Shown here: in pieces, positions 37,561-50,900 of the stretch
Layout of the letters: each line of letters opens with the position of its first letter
Position numbering within the stretch: position 1 is the first letter of the stretch
From: Pseudovirgaria hyperparasitica
Taxonomy: Eukaryota
Direction: 5' to 3' (one strand)
Assembly (NCBI GenBank): GCA_010093815.1
Contig: ML996567.1
Length of the DNA stretch: 64,000 nucleotides
The notes under the pieces: model-generated
Told to the model about the DNA's origin: nothing
The model's database searches: none
What the model saw: the letters and a program-made list of their open reading frames with translations, nothing else
Translations under genes and position numbers: made by a program

Positions 37561-37867
37561 TGCACACAGTGAGGGAGTAGGGGACGATTTAATGTAGGTA
37601 GATGTAGGTCGTCGGAATCATAGAGTGACATTGTTGGAGTTGGAAATGGGACTTGTTGATGCCTGAAGGCGGCATGCGCGTCCTTTGGCTTTGGCTGTAA
37701 ACACATTGATGGCAACCCGACAGAGGGGCAGCAGCTATGAGAGTTACTACGGAGCAGGGGCGCCGTTGCGGAGGGCCCAAGCTTCACCTCCGACGCCGAC
37801 ACGACTTTTTTCCCTGGAGCTAGCTTCACACCTCAGGTCCTCCACGATCAAGCTCCAATGGAGCAGT

Positions 37868-39895
37868 ATGCTCGTCGGGCGGATGTTTCGATGGCAATTA
37901 CGGCACTTCTGCGCACCCGGAACTCTCCGTACACCTTCTCAACTCCCAAACCTCTGCCGCTATACAACCCAGCAGCCGGACGCAATCCAGACGAAGAGAC
38001 GCCCAGGTCGACCACCCAAGAATGCTCCCAGCACAGAGCATGTCAAAGCAAAAAAGACGCGAAGACCACGGGTGATTACCGCATCTAAGAATGATCTAAA
38101 ACCAGAGCTCACAGGCCTTGTTGATATTTACCGCTCCCTTTCGACGCCCAGGGTGAATGTCGTGAGCCCGGAGCTATGCGGTATGTGTTACTCGCACAAG
38201 AGGGAACAAAACGTCTGACGAGTGTTTTCTGTACTAGATCTCTCCCTAGACCTGGTTAAACATAACCTGGTCGATTATGTAGGATGCGACATCATAGACA
38301 TACAACCAGGAGCGGGACTCTGGTCGGCCAGAGTCCATGAGCTCCTCAGGCCTCGCACGCATATTCTCATGGAACCAGATATGGATGCCTTCGGACCATA
38401 CCTACGACCACTTTTGGAGCGTCCCGATTCCGCTTTTAGACATGTGGCACACCCCATAGGTCTTTTGGGCTCGTATGAAAAGGCCATGCAAGAGATATCA
38501 AACACGGTGTCAGAAGGATCCCTAGATCAAGCGCCTCATCAGAGACGTCTCTTGGTTACTGGTTCTCTCATGAGTTGGAAGACAGTCTACCCGCTCTTTC
38601 CGATGGCTGGCAAGACAAGCACTACCATGGGGCGACAGCTTCTGAAGCAGTTTATCTCTTCCATATCTAACCGCTCTCTATTTCATAATAGCGGGCCAGC
38701 ACGAATGCTTCTGTGGGTCAATGAGTATGACATGTGGCCTTATCTACCGCGAAGCCTTCAAAACCCGAACAGAGCTGCAATGGGCACTCAGTTGATGACG
38801 GACATCACACAGATCGCTGGTACCAATGAGCACCGTGGGGAGGGCAAGTTCGGGCAGCGCAATGCCGCCATTGAATCTATCAGTAGTAAATTGGTTGCTT
38901 CACGCATGGCACGTACAGGCATGACCTTCCCACTAGACCGTCAGAACCTGTCATACAAAGCTGGACAGCAAGCTCAGCTTTCCGAAGATGCTCTTGTCCC
39001 CCAAGCCACTGACACAAAGCTTCGACACCACAATAGGATTCCCGAGATGAAATTATGGTTAGAAAACATCGAGAAGGAGACAGTCCTACCAGGGTTCTCA
39101 AAGAAAGCACAGGCCAGGCTTCTAGAAGCACAGGAGCAACTGGCAAGCGGAGCTATTGAAGTACCCACCGACGCAGAGTTTCGGAAAAAGAATGCCCGCT
39201 CCAAATATCCGTTCTGGGACAGGATAGGTAAAGACATTATCCGTTTCAAAAGTAACCTGAAAAAATCCGGGAAACGTGAAGACGGGTTGGCAATGCTTGA
39301 GGAAGTGTTGAGACTGGAGCGGGCCACATTCTCAGCTACATCCGAAGAAGAGCGGATCCATTTAAGAAAACAATGGGAAGTAGCAAAAGACAGACTTGAC
39401 TCCATGCGCGCCAGGCTTCCAACAAAGGACCAACTCGCTTTCTCAACAGACCACGACGAGTACGTTGGGTTGACAGGCGACCGTCCGAATTTGATGTGGG
39501 ATCGGAGGCCATTCGAGCCACTTCTCATCCTGGAGGACGAAATTTTTCCGGCCCAGGGTGCTGCCTTGGTGGATATTGTACCGAAGGAAATACGTTGCAC
39601 CGCGGACGAATATAGGCGTTTCGAAGATTTCATGATTCCCTTGCGATCTCTGGAAAATGGGAAAGTCAGGGTGGCCCTGGACACAGCAGGTCATGGTGCA
39701 AGTGAGCTGGTCGACCAAGTCGAGCTACTAAGAAATCCATACGAGGGCGGCCGGCTAGATCCTGATGACATGTACGTCAAAAATCTTACGCCAGAAATGA
39801 TTCTACAATTGAGTCGAGCATGGATGGCGTGGCCATTTCGCGACCCGACCTCGGACCGACCAAGTCACTTCGAGTTGTCTCATGAGGAAGGTTAA
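37868..39895 (+). CDS. Mitochondrial transcription factor Mtf1 / rRNA adenine dimethylase-like protein (intron ~38181-38237)
   Basis: Arg-rich presequence, RVNVVSPELC|D, CDIIDIQPGAGLWS, LRPRTHILMEPD, WDRRPFEPL, AWMAWPFR. Confidence 0.82.
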
Positions 39896-40032
39896 CTGTC
39901 GCGGGAGGATGACCTCCATTGCTCAAGTATTCAGGGCGACAAACAAAATATAGAAATGTTGTACGTAAACGCCAATTGTACATAAGGCATAGGATTACAT
40001 ATATATACATGAATATTATACTGCGCCTGAAT

Positions 40033-40663
40033 TTATGTCCATGGCCATTTATCGCTGTAGTCCATTGAGGCCCATTCAACAAGTTGCGATTTGTGATACA
40101 GGATGGAACGGTCCTATTTGACACGAACCTCAGCTTTTCTTTTTTATGATTTTCTGAGTCTTCGCAGCAGGCATCACCCTTTGCGACGCAGGGTCCGCGA
40201 TCAAGTCAAATAGACTTTCTTCACCTGATGCTCCTGAGCCCTCACCTGCCTGTTCATAGAGTCAGTCACCATAAGAACCCAGAGGTAGAGCACATCAGCA
40301 TTCTAAACCTACCTCTTTACCACTATCAGTCTGACCATCCCAACCTCGTCCAAACTTGTCTCTGAAAGCCTTCAACCGACCCGCCTCATCTACTTCCAGA
40401 TTGACTAAAGAAGTATCTGATGGGTTCCATAGCGCAGAGTTTCGGCGGTCTTTCATTGACACATAGACGGCTTTAGGTGATGTTGTACGGTGTACATAGG
40501 ATGAGCCGTCCGAGAGAGTTACGAGTTGCGTGAAAGTATATGGGCGCTTCGGGCGTTTGATGATTGTCGCATGTCGCACTTGCGTACGCGGTAGCGATGA
40601 TAGAGAAGTCGATGCACGGAGAGATATCCGGCCAAAAGATGCTGGGGACAGAAGCGTCGACAT
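40033..40663 (-). CDS. MRPL36: Mitochondrial ribosomal protein bL31m (3' exon structure approximate)
   Basis: Presequence then QVRHATIIKRPKRPYTFTQLVTLSDGSS, LWNPS, EAGRLKAFRDKFGRGWD; GTAGGT donor at ~40312, second exon SLFDLI. The 3' end is inferred. Confidence 0.8.
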
Positions 40664-40912
40664 TGAAGTTGGATGCGTGATGAGTGCAAGTCGTTGCGGG
40701 CGCAATAATTCTTTGATGTTGAACGGCTCGGAGGTCCGCAAATTCTTGGCGAATGGGTACTACTAAGTTATCCATCCGATGGATTCATCCATTGTCATCT
40801 ACTAATCAGCGACTCCGTCTGCCAACCTTTGGAACAGTCACAGCCCTGTATTTTCAGCGTGACGTGTAAATGGTCATGGACTGATGTTGTATGCTACAGT
40901 GTAACATCAATA

Positions 40913-42248
40913 ATGACAATCTGCCAATGTAGAGGGCCTGCGGCGCGTCAGTTCTTCAACTGCCTCTATCGATGGAGTGCGCGTTCAGGTAATGTGGGTA
41001 TACGCTGCCAGAATTACAACTTACTCTTCCACAGAGTGCCCTCCCTACAGCTGTGCTCTTGGCTCAACTCTACAACGTACGCAAGGTCTTTCGAGAACGA
41101 AATGCCGAGTCTCAATGTACCTAATACGTACTCATTCTACAATCAGAGAGATACCCCCAGTAGCGCAGAAAGAGCTAGATAGGATGAAAGGCAGTTACGA
41201 ATGGGGCGACGAACGCTTCTTGGCTGACCCTATGGTATTGCAAAGGCCACGCGAGGAGGAGATAGATGCGCTGCGGGAATCGATCGACCCGCAAATGCGA
41301 AAAGATCTTTTCATCAAAGTCTTTCGCGAGCTGATGAACCCTGTCGCTCTCATAACGGCAATCACAGAGCCTATTGAAGAAGCTGATAGTGGTAGAAAAG
41401 GATATTCAAACGTTCAGATCATGACGATAAGCTCGCTGACGTCAGTGACGGTATCGCCTGTTCCATATGTCTCTTTCAACATTAAGATTCCATCGCGCAC
41501 CTTTGATGCTATGGGGCCGCTGTTCCGCATCAGCTTGCTGGTCTGTAACAAGATAGCTGCATTCACGGCCGAGCAATTCACGATGGGCGACGCGCGGGAG
41601 ATGCTTCTAGGCTTCACGGGTTCCAAATTACCGACGCTCAAGAGCGATGACATTCGGATACCATATCTCGAAGGTGTTAGCACTGAGTCCCTTATCTGCA
41701 AAGTGGACAAAACAATGGAAGTTGGAGATCATGTCGTGGTAGTAGCAGAGGTCTTGGACGTCCGCCGCGATCAAGTCCGTGGTAGCGAGACGCGTCATCT
41801 ATACTACAGGACAGGAAGGTACGTCGATGATAACGGGGTCAGCATGCAACCACGAGAAGACGTGTACGACCAACTATGGCATGTTATTGTAGCCAAATCG
41901 ATACACTATCTTAAAGGCCCGCAGGGCCCGGATACATTGCGAGCAGAAGGACTCATAGGGATTCTCAAAGCTACAAAGATATATGAGATTAGAGATACGC
42001 AGCGGGGTACCATGCATCTGAATTTGATGCTCACGATATTGAAGCAGACTTGTCCAGAACTTCTATGTAACTTATCCGACGAAGAATTGATGAAGGGATT
42101 CCAGCCAATCCCATACGACATGTGGGAAGGTCTGGTTGCGAGCCAAAGGAAAACAGCTAGTAGCAGAAGGCCTGAGAAAAAGTCGCTCCCAAATGCCTCA
42201 GCGCCTCAAGAGAAAAGCAATCTACCAAATTCAGACATAGCTACCTAG
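40913..42248 (+). CDS. Flavin reductase-like domain protein, possibly mitochondrial (5' structure uncertain)
   Basis: FRELMNPVALIT, MTISSLTSVTVSP.PYVSFNIKIPSRT, VGDHVVVVAEV, LYYRTGRY are typical of the split-barrel flavin reductase family. Confidence 0.75.
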
Positions 42249-42949
42249 GGAGGTAGGAGTGTCGACGAGGCTCATCTGGAAGATTCCAAAGACACTATTT
42301 CCCCAGACGCCCTGATTGAGGAGAAAGGCTCTCAAAATACGGCCAAACGTGCGGGGAAAGAGCTTGGAAAGCGCGGTTTATCTGAAGACCCTGATCAACG
42401 GGACGCCGTCGGAACTGCTAGACCAGAGGGGCACTACAGGATTTCGGAAAACCGTCTGTCGTGCATTCACTCGGGCCAGAAGGACTCGAAGAACCAAGAA
42501 CCGATCAGAAGGTACCGAGGATGTATGTATTATATTATAACATATCAGCGTTTCCCTCAATACACGACAGGACCAGCTCCAACGCGCTCTGTGTAGATTG
42601 GCCCAACATTCTACTTGAATCAAGTCGGTAGATCAGCCTGTATGCGATGTTATGGTTGCTCATTTGACGGTGCGGCCGACGTGCCTCCATACGTGTGTTT
42701 CTAAATTCCGGTCTAGTTCTATCTCGGCACATGTTATCCCGAGATCATGGCTACATTCACATCTACCGACCCATGCTATTATTACAGTAACTATGGGCTC
42801 CGAGCTCTAGATCTTCCGGTATCTGGGGTAATTTGTATCCCTGGTCGTGATCGACATCGTGGTGAATCCAATCGCCGACCTACATATGACTCTCTGTCAG
42901 CCCAATTCAATTTCCCCTTAACTTCCGCAGTTCCAGAGCATCATCCGAA

Positions 42950-43902
42950 ATGCAATTCTCCTCTCTCATATCTCTTTCCCTTGTCCCATTGAGCCACGCC
43001 ATCCCCGTCATCTACATTGCTGGTGACTCCACCACCGCACCCGACGGCGGCCACAATGGTACCCAGGGCTGGGGTGAATACCTACAATATTCCTTCTCTG
43101 CCAACACACGTGTGAACAATTCTGCGTACGCGGGACGGTCTGCGCGTTCCTTCACGCGCGAAGGCCGCTTTGCAGCGATCGCAGAGGCACTTGTGCCCGG
43201 CGATTGGGTCATTATCGAATTCGGCATCAATGATGCCGGAATTCCACAGAACGGGAGTACAAGTACGACGGGAGACAAGGGAAGGGTGGACTGTCCGGGT
43301 AGTGGAGAGGAAGTTTGTGTTGTCACTTACAACAACGTGACCGAGTACGTGCAGACGTTTGGCACCTATGTGAAGAACGCATCGAGATTGTTTCTGGAAA
43401 AGGGAGCAAAGCTTGTGATCTCGGAGAGACTGCCTACAAACTCGTGGCAGACCGGGGAGTTCAAGTTTACGCCGAGTGTGTATGCGTATTATAGCATGTT
43501 AGTATGCCCATTAAGGGGTGCAGGCTTGGGGCCGCGACGATGCTAATGCAGATGATACAGGCTGGTGACTCAGGAGCTTGGTGGTCCAAAAGCGGGCGTT
43601 TACTTCGTTCAGCATGGACAGTACGCGGCGCAGGCGCAGAAGTTGCTTGGGAAGGATATTGTGAAGGCAAACTATCCGATGGACAACACTCATCCGGCAC
43701 CGTACCTGGCTGACATCGTAAGTTGCGCCCATCCGCACTTTCTGATTGCTAATCAACTGGAAATCAGTTCCACCAGGCTTTTGTTTTGGGTCTGAAGTGC
43801 GGTACAAGCCCGCTTGCAGATCTGATAGTAAATGCTACAGCTCGTATTGAAGGACCTCTACTGGGTACTTGTATCCAGGCGAATGCGACACTGCCCATTT
43901 GA
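42950..43902 (+). CDS. Secreted rhamnogalacturonan acetylesterase-like SGNH hydrolase (CE12), 3 exons
   Basis: Signal peptide; IAGDST, QGWG, AGRSARSF, EFGIND, DNTHP catalytic motifs; introns ~43498-43560 and ~43718-43768. Confidence 0.9.
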
Positions 43903-44998
43903 TTAGAGACCCTGAAGTCGTTGAAGCAAGCACTAGAAAAGCAAATCCTTCAGCCAGCTGATTGATCCTCCTGGCTGGCTCAGAGGAAAATTCTGCATTG
44001 GATGATGATGTGCTTCAAGAAATCCAGTTGCCTTTGTACAGTCTACGAATATATGGCATGGTTCCCGTTGCATTTTTCCAGCCTCTGTACCCACTTCACC
44101 CCTATATATATATATCTTGTTCGACATGTTCACAGGAATGATTCTTGTGTACACAAGCTCCTGTCGCTTCCGGACTTAGTCGACACAGACACTGCCATTT
44201 GTATCACGTCTTACGATAACTCCCTTCAATACAAGGCCCCTAGCGTAAATCTAAGCAAGTGCCATATTGTCGATTCAATTTACTCGCACTACTGATAATG
44301 AGCTATCAGCTGTAGTCGTCTCCCTTCATAGGGCTCAGTTTTAACATCACATATTGATGAGAATCTACTTGTGCCTCGGGAGAAACCGAACCTTCGAACA
44401 CTGCACAAACTTTCTTTTATGTTGGCACCGGTGCCGTCGGTCCGTCCGGACATGTTTGATGTCGGTGTTGGCAAGAACTAGTGTTGGCAAGAACTATTTC
44501 ATAATCGAACTCAATGGGCCGTTGACCTGGATTGTTGTGTCAATAGGCTTAAGTATACTAGTATGGAATCTGCGAGTTCAGGAACTACGTTGTCTATGCA
44601 TCGAAGATCCTCACACTACTGTGTGATATAGATTGTGATTCTAGCGTCAAGGCAACTTAAGTCATAAACCACCTAAGGACTTTAGAGTATTATAGGGCAT
44701 TAAATTATATAGAGACTTTATAAGTAGAGGAAGGCATAACCTCAAGTCGAGCTATTAAGAATTATAACTATATTATAGATATCTAGTACGTTATAGCTAG
44801 GAGAATAAGATTATTAAACTTAATATTCGGGCTCGCCTCTTTAATAATAGATACTTCTATATAATATATTCTACCTCTTAAAATATAAAATAAATACCTA
44901 ATAGAGAGATAAAGAACTATAAGGATAAATATAATATAGTATAGAAAAATAAATTAATAGAAAGAAAACTATAGACTATAATCTAGTCTAAGTATAAG

Positions 44999-47900
44999 TG
45001 TAAAGAGTGAAGACGTGGGATAGTAGTCTAACAGTTTATAGAGAGACATAGGAATGTATTTATAGAGTAATCTTACTCTTATATAAGGTTAATTCCTAAC
45101 GAGTAGGAATTAGTTTATACGGTCCACTTATATAGTAACCTCGCTTAACTTAGCTAACTTAACCTAGCTCTAGCCACTACGTGGCTATATAGATTAGAAT
45201 AGTCTATATAGGTCTATTATAGTTCCCGTCCTAATAATATCCTTCTTCTTTTTATACTTCGCCCCGAAGCACTTAAGTATATATAATTCTAAGTCTCTAT
45301 AATCTATCGTGTACCTATATATCCGTGACTAAGTTCCTATAATATTATAACTATTCTTAATATAGGTGAACTCGAGATTCTAGTTTACTTTTACTAGTTT
45401 ATACACGCGCTTATCCCTTACTTCGTGGCTACTACCTAGGATATATAATCGCTACTTTAGTCGAGTATATATTTAGCTTCGCTTGCCTTTAATTTTATTC
45501 TCTAGTATATCCACCTCGCTCTTAAGGTAAGTTATTAATTTATATACTATCTTCCCTAGTTTAGGTTTAGAAGGGTCTATAGTAGTCTATTCTTATTAGA
45601 ACCGGTCTAATATAACCTATTCGCGTTATTATAGTTACTGATTTAGCTTCGTTAATCGCCGTTAAGGGTAGATAAATATTCCTTCCTTAGATCTCTAGCT
45701 AACGTGTATATATAGATATCTAATACTAGTCCTATCTCTAAGTCTACCTTCTCCTCTTATAAGACTCGCTCTAAAGGTATCGTCTCCTCCCTAGCCACGC
45801 CGGCTAAGAAGTCTACCTATCGCGGTAGTATAAAGGCGCGCTCTAAGTCGGAGAAGAGAGTAGTTAGGGCTACTACTACTACTACCTCTACTACTAATAT
45901 AGCTACTAGTCGCTCTAATCTAGGTAATCCTAGTACTAAACTTATAGATAAAGTAGTTATAGGTTCCCCTCTCGCTCTAAAGCGTACGCCGTCTACTCTA
46001 CCTCCTCTAGAGGATAAAGAAGATCTCGTTATAAATGATGATTGCGAGCCCTCGCGCTTACCCACGCCGCTATCTTACCGCTCTTCCTTCCGGTCTAATA
46101 TAGACCGATTTAGTCGCTCTAGGTCCTTTTAGGACCTTAATATTTACTCTAAACCCTAGCCTACTAATAATAAGGCCTAGGTTACTGAGGATACTAAACG
46201 TAGTCGCGGTTTACGCTATAGGAAAATAGCGAACTATAGTTCGATATACTATATATATATTAAGGGCTATACGGCCGGCTCTAAATATCTCTTTCGCTCT
46301 AACTCTAGTATTAGCTACTACTCTACTAACCGTAACGGGCCTATATACCCTATCTTTACTCTATCTATCTACTACTACCGCTATACCGTAACTAGTAAGA
46401 CTTATCTATAGATAAGTATAATAGGCTATCTTAATCTAGTATAATCTAAAGTAGTCCGCGCTAATATATTCTTAGGTTTCTATATATATATAAGATATAT
46501 ATAATGACCTTCGCGTCCGTGAGACCCTCGGGGGTCCTTATAGTTATCTATCTACTATATAGAGGGAGTTTAGGGAGCGCTATAAGCTCTTCCTAGAGGT
46601 TATTAAAGTATAAGTTATAAATACGTTAATTATTTTTAATATCTATTAATTTTTCTAGCCGCCGCGAGATCCCTAGTGCCTAGGCTACCTATTCTAGGGA
46701 GTCTATCCTAGCTATAGAGGCCGTAGAGAGGATTTACTCTATCCCCCCCCGTCCATCTCGCGCTACTAATGGATCTTATAAGAGGTCTACTATTTCTCCC
46801 TCTAAGTCGCCTTATAAGAGGGTATATATTCTCTTCTAGATTATTCTAGATTATATTAGCTAACTTTAGACCTAGTCGCTACGCTCCGGCGCTTAAGGCT
46901 CTTCCCTCTAGGCTCTAACGGATCGGGTTATTACTCTAGAGACTAAGGTTATTATCCTCCGCCGCTATATTATATAGTTAGAGAGGACTATACTAGAGGT
47001 TAGGACGGATAATAAGATAGAGGAGTAGCTCTATGGTTCTAGCTCTATAGGTTTGGCTCTGTGTATTGGCTCTATGGTCTAGCTCTATATATTAGGTCTA
47101 TGTCTAGCTCTATATATTCTAGATCTACTATAGGTGGTGCGCGCCGGCTCTATTTACCTGGCTTTTATCCGTTTTAGTCCTTTTTAGACCGTTTAGATAC
47201 CTATCGGCTAGTTTCTAGTAATTTAATTCTTAACTTAACGATATTATATGTGCGCTCGCTTAGCTTATAACTATCGGTTTCTATATTCTGATTTTCCTTA
47301 AGTTATCTAAGTGTAGGCACCGTATATAAATTAGTTTATCTCTATGAATTCTATTAGAGTACCTAAACCAGTGGCCTAGTAGTTATTAGTTCGGGTACTC
47401 TAACCTTTTATATTTCGTGTTAAGAGTTTAATTCTATAGTAGGGTACCTTTTTTTAGGTTCTTAGTCCTATGTTTTTCTCGTGTATAATGGTCTATGTTA
47501 GTCTATTCTAGACTCTTCTATGTTATTCTATTATGGTATGTCGCGTTACGTTCCTAAAATGGTTATTTATACTTTCTTCGCGTCTAGTAACTATATAATA
47601 CTTAAATTATAGGGCTGCTATATAGAGTTTTCCTAGTGCGCGTCTAGATTTCCTAGTTTAGTACTTCGTTCTCTACGGTATCCTTCTTCTTTTTATAACG
47701 ACCGCGATGTTACTATACTTATATTAATAATACGCTATTCTATATCTTTTACTTATACGCAGCCATTATAGAACTTAAGATATATACCGCTGGTTCCTAG
47801 GTATCCTCGTCCTTAGTGTAGTCCGTCTAATAGATTCTATATTTCTAAACACCGTCTTTATTAATTCTATGTTCGATATTATGGTCTACTTTAAATATAT

Positions 47901-50900
47901 CTAGTCTATCTTAGGGTATAATAGAGTATAACTATATATTCATGCGGCTATACACGTTAGGTCGAAATCTTTCGAGTAGTAAGACGTGGAACACGTTATA
48001 GATTCTTATATCACTTCCTAAGTCGAGCTCGTAGGCTCTTATACCGATATAATGTTTAATTCGGAAGGGACCAGCCATTTTATAATTGAGCTTCTTATTT
48101 ACTCGCGATATTCATATATTATAAATATTAAGAAGGACCTTATCGCCCTCCTCGTACGTCTAATCCTTAGCTAATCTATTATAGTACTTTATATATAAGT
48201 CGTTTACTTATTAGATTATAGCGCGATAGTTACGTATGGTTTCGAAGATTTTAATCGCTAATTCCTAAGCGTGCACGTTCACGTCTATTATTTAATTAAA
48301 TTAGACCGTCTAAGGCTTAAAACCTATCCTTAGACTACGTCCGAGGTTCGCCTAGAAAGGTATAATATCTATTATACTATAACGACTATTATTATATACG
48401 AACTCTACTATACTTAGTAGGGAGGCCTAGTCGTCCTACTCGAAATTATAGAATACGTGTAGATAGGCCTCGAGCGTCTGGTTCTATCGCTCTATCTAGC
48501 TATCTATCTAAGGATGAAATACTATAGATATGTTTCTATTTATACTTACTATTTCGTAGAATAATATCTAGAATTTAGACGTGAAGGTACTTCCTCGGTC
48601 CGTAATAATCCTTTTTAGTATACTATAGACCTTAATAATCTTATTCGAGAATACCTACGCTAGTTCTTTAGATATAATCGTCTTCTATACCGGGATATAC
48701 CTAGATATCTTTATAAGTCTATCCACGATAATAAGAATAGAATTATAACTTATCCTAAGTATCTCGCTTAGAGGTAAGTTAACTATAAAGTCTATAGTAA
48801 CGTCTTCCTATATAAAGAGGGGGGCTAAAAGAGGCTGTAAATTCCTATATAGCTTGTGCCTAGGGGCCTTCGTTCTTTAATAAATCGGATAAGTAGCTAT
48901 CTATTCTTTAATATACTTAGGTATATCTTTCTAAAAATAATACTAACGAATTAAGCTTAGGGTACGTATATACCTAAAGTGTCCTACTAGGTTAGCGTTA
49001 TAGTATCGGCTAACTACGTTAAATTATATATTACCCGTCGGTATATAGTACTTTCTATTATAGTAAAGTAAGCCGTCCATAAAGGTCTACTTATAGTCTA
49101 CTTTAGTCCGTAATAACCTATCTTACTATATTTTATATAACTTTAAAACTATCGGGTCTATCTTCTATAGATCCACGATTAACTAGGCGAGGTTAATTAG
49201 ATATTTATACCGGGTATTATCGCCCTTCCCGATAGCGCTAATAAACGGCCTACTAGGGACTTTAGTACCGTGTCTTTGGTTACTAGCTTTAGTCTTAGAG
49301 ATTCGATTACTAGTATCGACGTTAGCATCTCGCTAATCGCCTAATAACTTAAAATCTAACCTCGTCCTTAAGAGTTAGGCCTATAGCTACTCTAGGACCC
49401 TATAGCTACTATAATCCTAGGCGCCTTCTTTATAGTTAGGTCTTCTTAATATTCTATTAGCTAGGTTTATACTTCTAGATTAATAGTAGATTATAAAGTA
49501 AAAGTTCGTAAGCTACTTAGTCTATCGGACCTATTAACGGTTTAAAACTATCATACTTATAAACCCCTTTAAGTTATAGTAATTAGTTAGTAACTCGATA
49601 TTATATATAGTACCTTTAAGATAATATCGCTACTATTTAAATAACTCTACTATTACTAGTAGCTCTTAGTTATAGATAGTATATCTAGTCTTAATATCGA
49701 CTATTTTGCGTGAGAAGAACGCAACTAGATACCATTAGATCTTTTTAGACTTAGTTAGTCTAGGCTAGGAGAGAATGCCTAAGATTATAAATTCTAACGC
49801 GTCGGTTTTAACGCGGATAGGTTTAGTTAGGTCGAAGTATACTAGTAATAGAGTAGTTATAAATACCTCTTTGATTTTCTCGAAGGAGGCCCTTTCGCCT
49901 TCTAATAATTCTATAGACTACGATTTAATATTACGCTATTTCTATCTACCGCGGACCGTAATAGACGAATCTATAGTAGTAGTACACGTGTTAAGTAGTG
50001 CTACTAGCCGGGAGAAATACTTAACGAATTTTTAGTAGTAATTAGCGAATCTAATAAAGACACGTATATCTTAAACTAATTTTAGTTTAGGCTAGTCCAC
50101 AATAGTAGCGACCCTGTCCCTTTCTATGGTTATACCTTAATTAGTAATAACGAAGCCAAGGAAGTTAACGTGGTCCTAGTGGAACTTATATTTAGATAGC
50201 TTAATATATAGCTTATGTTTTTCTAGCCTATCTAGGACTACGCGTACGTGCTAGATATATTCTTCTTTATTATTAGAGAAGATAAGGATGTTATTAAGGT
50301 ATATAATGCACGTCGTGTCGAGTAGGCCTACTAGCGCGTTATTAATATACGCTTAGAAGGTTCCTAGCGCGTTAGTTAGTCTAAAAGGGACTACTATATA
50401 CTTAAAGTGTCTATAACGGGTCCTAAACGCCGTTTTCTACTTATCGCCCTTCTTAATATATAGGCGGTAGTAGACGTCGTATAGATCGAGCTTAGTAAAG
50501 ATCTTCGCGCGCCCTAGTCTATTAATAGACTTAGAGATAAGAGGTAGTAGGTAACGATTCTTTTATATAATATTATTTAGACTATAGTAGTCAATATATA
50601 GACGGAGACTCCTATTCTTCTTCTTTATAAAGAGGATTAGAGCTCCGGCTAGAGATATACTAGGCCTAATCTATTCTCGCGTAAGGTTCTTTTTAATATA
50701 TTCTTAGAGGACCTATAGCTCGGGTTCTAATAGAGGGTATATAGGTCCGTATAGAGGTTATTAACTATCTTTAAGGTTAATAGTAAGGTCGGTAGATTAG
50801 TATTAAGGTAATTCGGACGAGTCGATTGCTAACGCGATATATTAGTATATTTTATACTAATATAGTAGGTTTTCGTCTACTTTAATACTAAGCTCTCTAT

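Noticed and set aside
38974..39684. 236-aa minus-strand ORF and many similar overlapping ORFs in the gene-rich blocks
   Set aside because: Antisense or off-frame shadows of well-supported genes, with no recognisable motifs.
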